This document shows, in pieces, positions 51,878 through 64,000 of a stretch of DNA of 64,000 nucleotides. Position 1 is the stretch's first letter. Each line of letters opens with the position of its first letter. The stretch is from Tubulanus polymorphus. Lineage: Eukaryota > Animalia > Nemertea. The DNA lies in contig NC_134026.1 of the NCBI RefSeq assembly GCF_964204645.1, positions 12,829,950 through 12,893,949 of the forward strand, in the 5' to 3' direction. Under the pieces are notes generated by a model that was given only the letters and a program-made list of their open reading frames with translations, was not told where the DNA came from and searched no databases. The position numbers and the translations under genes are program-made.

Positions 51878-52242
51878 CAGGAGCCTAAAATTCAATTCCT
51901 CAATGTCCCTGTAATGCCGAGTACGATGGAGTTTATACACTGAAAAATATTTACACTGAAAAAACTGAACCCGCTATCAATTGTTCGAAGATTTCAACCA
52001 CCAATCAGAATCTTTGATATATTTGTTATAAATCAAACATGGCTTCCACATCAAACTGATATTAATTTGGTTGCTAGATTCTGGTCCTGAGAAAAGATGC
52101 CTGGAAATTGCCCCAAATTTCAAAAAATTTTCTTTGGGCAGGACCCCCAAACCCCCCGTAATGGCTTTGCACCATCGGTGAAAAGCATCACTTCGCGCCT
52201 TCTGCGCTTGCGAGGACAGAATCAGGTCAAATTGAAATCCAA

Positions 52243-52590
52243 TTTTTTAGCTCACTTGGGACTCCCAGTGGGCTTTTGTGTCCACTTTAATTTTCGTCCG
52301 TCCGTCCGTCCGTAGACGGAAACCAGTTATTATGGGAAGTTTTGAAGAGTCTTCAAGTTAAGTCTTGATTTTTGGTTTATGTATGTATCTACCCTAGACA
52401 CATCTTCAGCCGAAACACTGGCCCTGTCAGAATCAAGATGGCCGACTGGCAGCCATTGTTGTTCATCAAAATCAGCACTTAATGACGCAATTGGCGGCCG
52501 TCTTGGTATCATCAGGTGGGAAAAAGTTTTTCCACATTATATTGATACCTAAGCATATTTTGTTACCACAATCAATTGCAAAGTTGTATA
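52243..52590 (+). mobile_element. HINE/DINE-1-like 5' end
   Basis: ttttttagctcacttggg..cccagtgggc hairpin, then (GTCC)n microsatellite and an internal repeat unit. Confidence 0.75.
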
Positions 52591-52773
52591 GCTGTAAAGT
52601 ATAGCTGTAAAGCAGCAATAACGGGTTTTCTGACATTTTACATACATGTGACCTGAAGGGATTCATTGTTTGAGATTCCATCAGTTATTAAGTTATAATA
52701 ATATTGATGATTGTGCTTTATTGGCAATCTACTACTTTACATGTATTCAAGTGCTATATAAATGCTATATATG

Positions 52774-52778
<5 letters not shown>

Positions 52779-52814
<36 letters not shown>
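52779..52814. repeat. (TA)n microsatellite
   Basis: About 17 TA units, ending about 27 bp before exon D. Confidence 0.95.
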
Positions 52815-52818
<4 letters not shown>

Positions 52819-52841
52819 AAATTTGGGTTTGTACATTTTAG

Positions 52842-53012
<171 letters not shown>

Positions 53013-54049
53013 TGATATTCTTAAATGATATGTTTTTTCGAAGCCTCCAATATATCTGAAGCTATGGCTGTCATTTTGAATTTCTTGTTTGAGCTCCACA
53101 TATATCAAGTAATGTGCGATTGCTTTCAAACTCAGTGTATGTGATGGGGTCCGTGGATAGAACCTCTAGAAAATCAGCTTTCTCGCCTTTCCAATATGGT
53201 AGCCACAGTGGACCTCTTAAATTTGTTGTAAGCGTGCTCACTTTAGACATTACTTTAGATTGTGAATTTTGTAGGGTCGAGATTATTTTTACCTTCATGA
53301 CGTAGTCCCTCATTTTGAGATATGAGGCTATGAGCGTCTATTACACCCCTTAAAACTACATCAACTTACCTCAAACTGACTGTTCTGTAATCCGATGGAA
53401 GTTAACTATTGTTTGGGCATAACTTTATAATCCTAAATAGCTTTTGCCGATAGTAGTAACTCAAAAACATTTGACTACGAATAATCAGATGATTGCCTGG
53501 AAATCACCTCGATTACTCGTAGCTTAGCCTGTAGCACGAACGAATAAACTAGCGAAACTGGCGTCATCAAAGTTCATGTAAATATTAATTTTCTACTGGA
53601 CCTGATCCCAAAAGCGCGAAACCAAACTAAAATTCACAATGTCATGACGCCTGCGCATTCATTCAAAGATTTCTCAACTAAGTTGATTTACCCGACACAT
53701 TATACGCATTTGTTTGAGTTGTACTATCAATCTACTATTTACCAGAAATAGTAGATTGATAGCCTATATGCACATAGATGACGTTAGTAGTATCATCGAA
53801 TGGTTGCTATTGGCAATCGTTGAAAGATATTGAAAAGGTGGTATGAGATGAAAAGGTGATAAAATATGAAAATATAATAAAATACCATCAATTGACTTTT
53901 TATCACCTTTCGACAGTTTTTCATGTTTTCATCACCCTTTTATATGTTTTCACAATCTTTTTGTATGTTTTCATCATCTATTTAAACCTTTTTATTATCG
54001 AATGACATATAACCATGTTTTGGTGGCTTTCGCCTTCCATACCCACCCC

Positions 54050-57000
54050 ACTACCACATCATATCTCCAAGTGACCCTTAACCACAGTGACGATATGCCG
54101 GGTGACAGTCATCATAGCCAAATGACGGTTGTGGATTCTCTCTAAGTCTGCTTCCTCCAGGTCGGGGTGCTCTATGGTAAAAAGATCCCGCTTTCTCGCA
54201 GTGCGTGTTTATTCGGTCTATGGGGACCACCGTCTCTCGTTTCCTCTCATAACAGGAGCTTTGGGCATCCAAAGGTGAAACAGAGGAAGGTTTGGGTATT
54301 TTCTGGCCAGAACATTGTACAGTGAGTAAATTCTCTGTTGTCTGGCCATAGATACGAATGTTATTAATACCGTGTTTAACCACGACTGCACAACAGGTGA
54401 CTCCTGTTGTTTTAACCCCTTCCTCTAACTGCTCCAGATGCTCCACAGGGTGAGCAATGATGAACAGTTCGTTTGTGGATTGGGAATCTTTGAAAATGGA
54501 GTCACTGAGGAGTAAAATCTGCAGCTAACCCGACCTCCGCCGCACTGCCAAATACTGATAATTTCGGTTCAAGAACGCTGCCCATTCCACCGTACTGCTC
54601 AACAAACCTGGATGAGGTCCTTTTCAGAACCTAAAACCGGCTTGTTGAGAGGTGGATTGGCGATCTCCTTGACGAAGCGACCGCAGTCTTGATTGCCTGA
54701 ATAAACACACCCACCACAACCATTTTAGGGTCGTACATATGCGGAGCTGGCTCGTTGTCAGTCACTCCGATCAGGAGTTAACTCCTCCTTGGACCACGAG
54801 CTGACTCAGACTGTTCAGGGCTCCTCGGATGGACTGGTGTTTGGTGGGTTCAAAGGCCTCTCCGTTTTTTCATCCACGACTTGTTTGGGGAAACCTCTAC
54901 TATGGGGCATGACAGAGCTTCAGGTTATTTAAACGCACTGTCCCAACCTTGGTCCCTAAACCCTCCTCCAACTGAACCCGGTAAGTGACCTCAGTGAGTT
55001 TCTCAACAATTATGTAAGGACCCATCCAGCGCTTATTGGACTATATCTCTGGCTATACCTCCATACTCGGTCACCCACATTGTACCCCCATGCTGAGCAA
55101 ATCTATCGTAATTTGCTGCCTGACGTCGTTGGGCTTTCCAAGGCGGTCACGGACTCTCTGATGAGCTTCAGTCGGGTTTCTACACATGTCCTGGCTAAAC
55201 TTGGTCAGGTGGATAAGTTCCTCAGGAGGGCTAAGACGTCCAGTGGTAGGGTTATCTCACTGGCCTGGCCTCAACCCACTTGGTGAAAGCGTCCTGCACC
55301 ACAATTATATAAACGTTTCCACGTTTTGTTCGTTGCAGCGGGCCAACAATGTCGATATGCAGCCTTTGCCCTCTCCTACTGATTGGTGTTGGTACCAGTG
55401 GCGCTTTAGGTCATTTAGAAGGGTTTTGCATTGCTGACATTTACGGCATTGCTTGACAAAGCTATTGACTGCCTTCGCCAGTCCAAAACACCAAAACTGT
55501 TGGCAGACTTTACGTTCTGTCTTAGTCGTCCCTGAGTGCCTACCGGAAATACTATTATCGAGGTGAGATAGGGACCTTAGGTAATAGCACATTTGGCAGA
55601 ACTACCTGGTTTTTTACTAATATGGCGCTTGACCCTCTTGGAATCTGCGAGAGTGAATCAGCGTGTTGGTCGGGTATTATATATTTCTCTGGTTCAACGC
55701 GCATTTCGCCATAAGCCTGCATGTGTACACTCATGCAATGACGAGCATGTTGTGGTCGCATCGTGGGGTAAGTTCGATATTTTTCTTACACAATTTCCTT
55801 GCTAGTTTGAGGGTTTTCCTCTAATAACTTCCTTGTGTTTAATACTCTAGAATATTCTATGATAATATGGAAAAGTTAAATATTAAATATTCAGATGGAG
55901 TTGTAGGTGAATAGTTCTATAAATTCCATAATTGTTTAATTCTAGTGCTAGAATCTAGGTATAAGATTCAGAAAGTATAAGCGTTTGACGGTTAACCCTT
56001 TCAGTGCTATGGACCTGCTCAGCACGCTTCTATGGCGTCACTTTGTGCAGAGCACGCGTATTAGCTATTCTTTTCAAAATGACTGCAGCACAATGCCGAT
56101 CGTTTTATTTTGAATTGCCAGCACTTTCCAAAAAAAAATCTTTCAAAAATTGTATCAAAATCTTGTAGATTGCTCATGGGTGTAAAAAATGGAAATAATA
56201 ACCAAAAATTTGAAATTTTTTTTTATTGTCATTATATAACCCTTCTTACCGTACGGTGCTGCCAGCTCTCCATAATCATTTTATTGGTTTTTATTTTCGC
56301 TTTTTAGTGACTTTTTTCGGAAAATGGTTGTTTTTAGTATGGTCAGCCATATGTATCAAAATGGCCGCTATGGGACGCCAAATGTCAAAATCGTGAAAAT
56401 ATATATTCACAATTAGTTTTATGCGTTTCATATGTGAAAAATAGATTAATTGCAGTTATTTAAAGAAAAAGTCAAATTTTGACAAAAATGCTCACACAGG
56501 GCCAAAATAGGCCTCAGCAGCGAATGGGTGAATAGATATAGATAGCTAAGACCTAACTTTAAGATTATGATTATGAATTGCATTAAACTTAGATTATCGC
56601 CAGTGCCGAGAATTTTTGTTCGTCGGCTGCCAGTGCCAATCCTGAATTGACCTGGTTGTAACTAGGGGTATTCAACTGATATCGTAATCATCAGTGCCGA
56701 GAGTCTTTTCCTCCGATCATAGGCTGCCAGTTACCAACGCTCATGTGTGAATTGTGATTTAAGTATTGCGTCTAATTGTACATAGTGTAATACACTTGTA
56801 TTCTTTTTTTAAAATCCGGCTTCCGTTTTTGGTATTGAGGCATCCGGTCACATTACTCTTGACACCGGACCTGTGCTCAATGTCGAAATCGTAGTCTGCC
56901 AGCCTTTCATTCCAGCAGGCTTCTTGGCCTGATTGAATATTGGATGACTGAAGCCACTTTAGGGCTGAGTGGTTAGTCCGGACAAGGAACTTACCGCCCA

Positions 57001-60000
57001 TTAAGTTGTGGCGGAAATAATGAATTGATTCGACTAGAGCAAGCATTTCTCACCTCGTGGCGCAACAGTTCTCCTCCCCGCCTCTCAAAACTCGACCCCC
57101 ATATGCTATTACTCGTTCTGTTTGATTTCCTTGCAACTGCGAAAGAAATGAACCTATAGCCCAGTTACTAGCATCACAATCAACTATGAATTTCCCCGAT
57201 CCCTCTGAAAAGTCAGGAAAGCTTGTCAATGAATTTTTAATTTGTTCGAATGCTCTTTGCTGACTGATACCCCATTCGAAAGGCTGACCCATCTTTGACA
57301 GGGTTTACACATTTCTGCATATCCCATGATAGATCTTGGATGAAGTGACGAGGCCAGTGAAACTTCGTGCTACTGATACATTGCTAGGGGCTGGCCAACC
57401 TTGGACATTGTCAACTTTTGCCTGGTCAGTTTCAATTCTGCTCCCGCTCACGGCGTGGTTCAGGAATCTTAACCGCTTTTGGAGGAGGTGACATTTTCTT
57501 GGCTTCAATTTCATAGTAGCTGCTTTGAAACGACTGAATACCTCTGACAGCTTAGAAATGTGGGGTACCACATCAGCAGAGTCGACTATGACGTCATGGA
57601 GATAGATCAAGGCTGTTTTCCATGACACCTTGTCGAGAGCCAATGACATAAGCCGTGTGAAACAGGCTGGAGCATTTGTGAGACCAAATGGCATAACATT
57701 CCATTCCCACAAACGGTTCTCAGAACAAAAAGCTGTTTAAGGTTTGTCACATTCTTGGATCACCACTTGCCAGTAGCCACCGGTCAGATTCGATAGGCAA
57801 GAAAATACCCACAAACTCCCCTCGACGAACCCTAATGGTTTCATCTAAAAAAATTGGCCATTTGCGGATTGCTACCTTCCTATCCCGCGGACATACCGGA
57901 TATTTGCCAGCCAGGCACGGAGTACGGTTCCCACGACCAACCATACCAACAAAAACACTATATCTCTGCTTGAAATATGCAGTGGCCACGACCTTATGTC
58001 CTCCAGGGATATAACAAGTCGTGCATCCTTGGTCTCCAATGGTACATGGGTAAGGTCATACTCAAGAACTCTACCAGGGTAATAAATAATGCAACCATTC
58101 TGTTCAAAGAAGTCACTACCTAACAGGCACTCCTGAGCTCAGTCATCGGCTATTACTAGGGGACCATGAATCTACAGGTTCCCAACTGAAGTTCTACCTT
58201 GGCCACCCCATGAACCTTCATGTTCGCGCCCGTGGCAGTGGCTTATTCAAAGTCGACTGGCAGCAGATTTCCCTGACCGGTCCTACGACTCTTCTCCCAG
58301 AAAGAGGTTTTTAACAAAGTCACAGAGGCACCGGTGTCTAGAGTATAGACGTACGTGTTGAACCATTAGGAACACCAGAGCAGTAAAGCCCAGTGTCTCT
58401 AAAATCGACATGACGGACCAATTTCTCAGCCACGGGGCAGCTCGGACCTATTGAAACATCTGGCTGGCCAGTTGTTATTGTGGTTGTGACCGTATCTTCG
58501 TGTGACTTTATCAACTGAAAGTTATCTGGGCACTGAGGTAAAACATTTGAAAGTGTCTCCTGCCTCAGAGGAGAACCATCCGAAATTCCATCACCTGGTT
58601 GACCGACCGACAGTGAGGTATCTGGGTAAGGAGTTAAAACTTTTGAAGTTGCCTGCTTTTCCAGATATGTATGACCTGTCGTATCGGTTTCACCAAAGAT
58701 TTCGTTCCCTACAATTTCCCTTACGCAAGGGTCTAGTGAACTATTTACAATTTGGGCTCTTATCATGTACGGAATCGCTTACAGATGAAGGAACATGTTT
58801 CCGGATTCTACGGTGTGGAGGCGATTCCCTTGCCCCCTAGTGGACCACCTGTAATCCTTTCCCTGTTACCCGGGGCAGTTTTTGGCATAATGACCTCTAC
58901 CGGAACATGTATAAACATGTAACCTGTGGACATGTATCCGCTGTATGGTCCGGTTCTCGACACCACCAGCATGGATTTGGAGTTGGACTGAGTCTGTGTG
59001 TTTACCCTGTCCTCCAAAACAGTCCATCCGGACATTCAAACCCTGGACGAGGCCCATGAGTTCCTAAAGTAGCTCATCCGTCTGACTGGCCTTCACATCA
59101 TTTACATGTCGACAATTGGGTCTGGACTCTTGTCTCTCAGTCAGGCGCCACGCAGTCTCATGACCCCGAGCTAATGACACAGCCTACGATAGGGACTGTG
59201 GCTAAGCCACGTACAACTGCTCCCTAACACTCGAGGGTACCGCCACACCTGCCAAGAATTGGTCATGTGCCAACTGATCCTGCAAACTGTGATCAACCCC
59301 TGGGTATGCGCTCTGCGCGAGTTCTGTCAATGCATCCGCATAGTGCCTGATGTTTTCTTGGGGTTTCTGCTCTCGAGATTTCAACATCATTTTGAAATCG
59401 GAAGCTGACCGTGTCAATGACATACGGTTCTTTATCCCCTCAACGAAAGTATTGTAATCCAGGGATGGGGCGAGACGAGGTTTTTAACCGCCTGGTATGA
59501 CTCGTGGTCCAGGTACGTTAGTAAATGTTGTTTCTTAAGCTCACTACTACATACACCGGACAATGTGCAGTAGCTCTCAAAATGCTCTAACCAGACGGGA
59601 AAATTATGCCCCATACTGTACATTTTGGGGCACAGAATTTTTCCACGGGCATCCTCCCTGGTCCCTGATGGGGATTCAGATTCCCTTTTTATGCTACGGG
59701 AGACAAATGTGGTAATTGAGCTTAAAAAATCATCCAAACCTGCAGTTGGATTGACCCCTTCCTGGGCCGCACTTGGTTGGCCTGCATCCTGGTCAGAATG
59801 AGTCATTCCTAATGTGTATGTAATATACTGAACAAAAACTGATTTAAAAATAAAATTTCAAAAGTTATTTTATGAACCTCTCAACCTTTATGAATAAACT
59901 GTAGCTAGTGTCTGAAATTATTCCCGCTATTTAAAGCAAGCGTATAACAACGGTTTAACTACTGAAGAGTATCCGCGATACGCAGGCGTAAGGAAGTAGG

Positions 60001-60232
60001 TCAGACAGACTACTCACACACACGCTTCTTGAAAAACTAAGGGTAGTGATTCAACTCGACAATAATTCGGCCGTAAGGCTCCAATCCCATTGACGCTGCC
60101 ACCAGTGTAACGATCCTGTCTTCTAAATCTCTAATACCTCATTTAAGGATGATCTACGCTCCGACGATAGGCTATAAAGGGGAAATTTATCCCGAACAAA
60201 AGAACAACAAACTTACTCGGGCAATGGATTCA
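54050..60232 (-). mobile_element. Decayed Ty3/gypsy LTR retrotransposon (gag, PR, RT, RNase H, IN)
   Basis: Partial 5' LTR from 60106 to about 60232; PBS TGGTGGCAGCG (60094-60104, tRNA-Leu-like); gag 59806-58870; LDTGASVTL at about 58320-58345; MPFGLTNAPACF and YLHD; DCDASNWAIG; GHSG..CRKCQ; GPY at about 55015. Confidence 0.9.
55996..56528. mobile_element. piggyBac-like MITE within the gypsy element
   Basis: TTAA then CCCTTTCAGTGCT at the left; AGCAGCGAATGGG then TGAA at the right (imperfect). Confidence 0.55.
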
Positions 60233-62220
60233 CTGGCATTGGTTGACGTCTATGACGTCATGCCAATGCTAGTAAAATGGAACGAAAATGGCGCCGACTT
60301 TTCTCATTTTCATAGTAACTTCAAATTGTCCCTCCGTTCACGTAAAACATTAGAAACGGCTGAAAATGACTAAAAAAAATGTTTCAATTATTCCCCACAA
60401 CATAGCGTCGCCAGATTTCTGATTTAATGGTCCAAAAAATCATTCGATCGCATTTTTCTCGTTCATTATCTGGTAGATGAGAGCCGGTTAAACAATTGCG
60501 TAGCGATATATCCGCATTGACATTGGCAGTAAAGAATGGGGAACAGCCTCTTCTGAATAGAAAAACATAAAATTATGTACCTCCGGTTTATAAATATCAC
60601 AGTGTTTGGATATCACTGTTATTCCAACTATCAGTATCCATGGGATTATTTGGGATTAATTCTCAGCGTCAGAATACGTATTTCTAGAGCAGTGGAACGG
60701 CAGCCTACTCGTGACTGAAACCCGTATGTGATCGAGCGGGAACGCCTTTACTAAAGTTAAAACCATTTCATGATGACACGAAACATCAATCGGTAAATGG
60801 TAGGCTACCACCATGATACGATATTACCAATAAAGATAGATCATTTTATTCAATTTTACCAGAGTTGTTTATTGGAGGAAAATATCATTGTTAAGTACGC
60901 CGAGAACAACCATGTTGTATCATCAATCAGTTGACTGACATTGTCAAATTTGATTCGGCTATATTCTAATATAAGTTTTCACTTTAGGACGCCCTACCCA
61001 CCTGCTGCGCACTCATAAGGCGGTCGCACCCTCTTACGCACTCGGCAGAGATTCGCTTTGTAATGCGCGCCGGGCGGGAAAAAATACCTTTTATTATCTT
61101 TTCCATGCGTTAAACAACAGTGATTGAATTTATGCGTTGTTTGTCGTAAATTGCAATATTGCGATGGTTATTTCCCGCTGCTGTAGTTTTTTGGAATTGA
61201 ATCGAGCGGCCTCGGTAGCTCAGTGAGATAAGGCGTGATGCTGTTGAATCCACTATCAATGCTGAGTGACAAGTGGGTTCGAGTCCTGCTAGCTGCGAAC
61301 AGTGTGCGGGCAACACTTCAAAGGCCGTACCGTCGTGAGGTTAAATGAACAATCCAATAGGAATAGTCTTGGGAAACAAAGATCCAAACGACGTACGTAA
61401 AGCCAAACAAACAAAAAGACAAACAAACAATCATCAGCCGGCCTCAGTGACACCAACGCCGGCATCGCTCTCTGTGACGTTTTGCATGCGTACATGCATC
61501 AGAGCTTGGAGCTCTAAGATCAGAGGGTCTTGCAATTACATTCAGAAAAATCGTTCTGTTTTTTTTTTCATTATTCAGTGGGGCCTAACAGTTCATGCGT
61601 AAAAATGGGTTTTTGTATCCAAATCTTGATTGATATAAATATCTTCGCTGGGACATGATGGAAAACATCAGAATAAACTAGTTTCGTCTTTTTAACAGAA
61701 TCGCATTTATGAGGTTTAACAGTACATATAGCCTAGGCTAAATCGTTCGGCAGAAAATAAATTCATTTTCAGGAATAAAATCGTACTAGACAAATAGACC
61801 TTCAAGTCTGTGGTCCTCCCAATCAACATCGGCATAGAAGATTTTCCGGCAGATGTAAAACATTATAACCACTTAATACCACAGTATAATATACCAATGC
61901 TTCAAGGCCCATGGCCCTCTTATTATGCATTACGCCACTTTCTGATTTTATTTGCCCTATTCTTGAAAAAGTTATATTCATTTAAGCTTAAAGTATATGG
62001 ACATATTTAACACATTGTGCTGATATTGGTTGCATATTAAAACCACTTCTTGTCAGTCAGATTGCTGATTCGATGCAATTAAGATTCATTGCTACAAAGT
62101 ATAAGACATTTCTTATCGGTAAATAGTACGACAAGATAGATAACTATCGTTTGTGCTGCTTGGTATCATAAAACCAGGTTAAACCATCAGTGACCAGGGT
62201 TTCTTTCTTGTTTCCTCAAG

Positions 62221-62300
62221 GATCAGTTGTTGCTGGAATCGGATGTGCTGCTGCCGGAGTATTTTCAAATTCTTCCTCAATGTGGGAGCACATGGAACAG
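62221..62300 (+). CDS. LAP3: Cytosol leucine aminopeptidase, exon E
   Basis: Pyrimidine tract plus AG at 62219-20, gtaagt donor. (G)SVVAGIGCAAAGVFSNSSSMWEHMEQ aligns to LAP3 GAMDVALGSGATGVFTNSS. The gene continues beyond both window ends. Confidence 0.93.
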
Positions 62301-64000
62301 GTAAGTGTAGCGTTACCTCCCGGTATAAATGTAGCTTTTATGGAATTAGCTTCCGATTTACATATTGGAATGGGGTTTGTGTCATTGGAAAATGACGGGG
62401 AATGGATGGGGTATGAGTGGCCGGGCTGGTCAGATTTAAGCTGGGCAGAAATGTGAAACAAGGTATTTTAGGCCAGTCGTAGGCTGAGCCTATTACTTAT
62501 GGTGCAAATTTAAATGACATATGGTTTCCAGAGCTAAGGCCATTTGACTGTGCAACTGAGCATATATTCATACAAATCATTCATTAAAGTATTATCCATT
62601 CTCCAAATCCTACGAAGCTGAATTTTGAAAAAATGCCACGTTTAAATTTATATGAGCTTTTTGCGAAAATCTGAACGCAAAAATATTGGTTTTAAAAAGC
62701 TAATCAGAAAGCAAAGACTTCTCTATGATTGGCTTAGCCGCAGAGATGAATGGCACGGATCAAATAAAACGAACAGGTATCAGATTAAGCTTCTGGACGA
62801 GAGCTATGTGCTCAATTTATTAAATTTCACCTAGGAGATACTAAGAAATATTTAAATCACAGCTTGGCCAAGATCAACAGAGATCATATGTACTTGGTAG
62901 AATGAATGCATGATGCAGTAGACTCTGCCTGAGTGGTAACGCCGAATTGGAAAATTGTAACTGCTATCCTGATTATTTACATTGAAAAATAGTAGGGACA
63001 GAAAATCGTAAAACCATTAAGATAACTTATCAAAGTTGATTTTCCTGAATCATTAAACCTCTGACTAAAAATGAACTATATAAATATATGTATAGGGGGT
63101 TTACATTTTGGTTTACCATTGGCAGCTTTTTTATGTGAGCGTTTGTTTCATTAGTTCTTTGTCTAAATGACGTATAATTGATGCGATTGAAGACATGGCG
63201 AACCTCCATCGATGACATGGTCAACTTAGCAACTAGGCAATTTATTTTGTTGTTGTTGTATTTTTGGTTTACCTTTGTCAGCGATATGATGTTGGCACTG
63301 AGCCAATTTATGTAAAATCGTGGTACATATTTTTATGTGAGCATTTGTTTCGTTGGGTCTCGACTTAGACGATGTATAATCGATGCGATTGAAGACATGG
63401 CGAACCTCCGTCAATGACATGGTCAACTGAGTTAAAATTCTACGAAAAACTGTTTTTTTTTTGTGGGAAAATTCTTAGCTATCGCGTATAAAATTGCAAT
63501 GACCTCGATTGGGGGCGTCGTCTCAACGAGTGAATGGGATTGGCTGTTTTTGGGATATGCGGGGAATTCCGGCACTACTAAAATAATTACAGGAAAGCCA
63601 TAGAATGGCGTACGTTTCGTTGGACTAGGTGCCGTATACGTGCGAATTCAAATGCTCATTGTTGGTGAGGATGTAATTATTTCACACATCCACCATAGGT
63701 AATGTTTCATTTTAATGCCCGGTGATTGTTTTGATTGACATTGAAGTGTAAGCGAACATTCACTTACCCGAGGCCTCCATGTTTGCCCGGGGTGCTAGAT
63801 GACATACACACAAGCTCGTACAGTACACGTGATGCTGTAACGCATGCACATTTGACATGAAAATAGGCTGAATAATCGCAGCAGAAGATGAGCGCTGTGT
63901 TTTCTGTTTGATAGAATTTGTAATAAATTGTAATTTCTTGTCACCTGAAAATATTAAGCAGCAAACTACAAGTATAGGTCGAGGTCTGAATATTGTAGTC

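Noticed and set aside
54030-54075. 3' LTR of the second gypsy element
   Set aside because: A purine-rich tract is present, but no sequence matching the 5' LTR fragment follows it.
62190-62456. 88-aa ORF as a standalone gene
   Set aside because: It is LAP3 exon E read through into the flanking introns.

Overview
This is AT-rich animal genomic DNA, probably from a marine invertebrate (inference). The whole window lies inside one + strand host gene, cytosol leucine aminopeptidase (M17 family, LAP3-like). Five internal coding exons are recoverable (3660-3815, 15762-15886, 43312-43400, 52842-52944, 62221-62300); they splice in frame and keep all catalytic residues. The introns (about 11.9, 27.4, 9.4 and 9.3 kb) are packed with nested mobile elements: two Ty3/gypsy remnants (one with Gmr1-type IN-before-RT order), RTEX-like, Tx1/L1-like and Penelope fragments, many Helentron-associated (HINE-like) elements, and piggyBac, Kolobok, Harbinger, Tc/pogo and hAT-like MITEs. 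Most notable: (1) a 2.26-kb Mutator-like element whose interior is a spliced Ulp1/SUMO-protease plus PHD-finger gene that the ORF track misses; (2) a TSD-flanked retroposon encoding only ORF1; (3) a P-element-like transposase remnant facing a convergent PHD accessory gene; (4) a near-perfect 5-kb tandem duplication with a templated insertion at the junction; (5) a HINE that carries a tRNA-derived SINE. All family assignments come from motif recognition by eye; no database searches were run.
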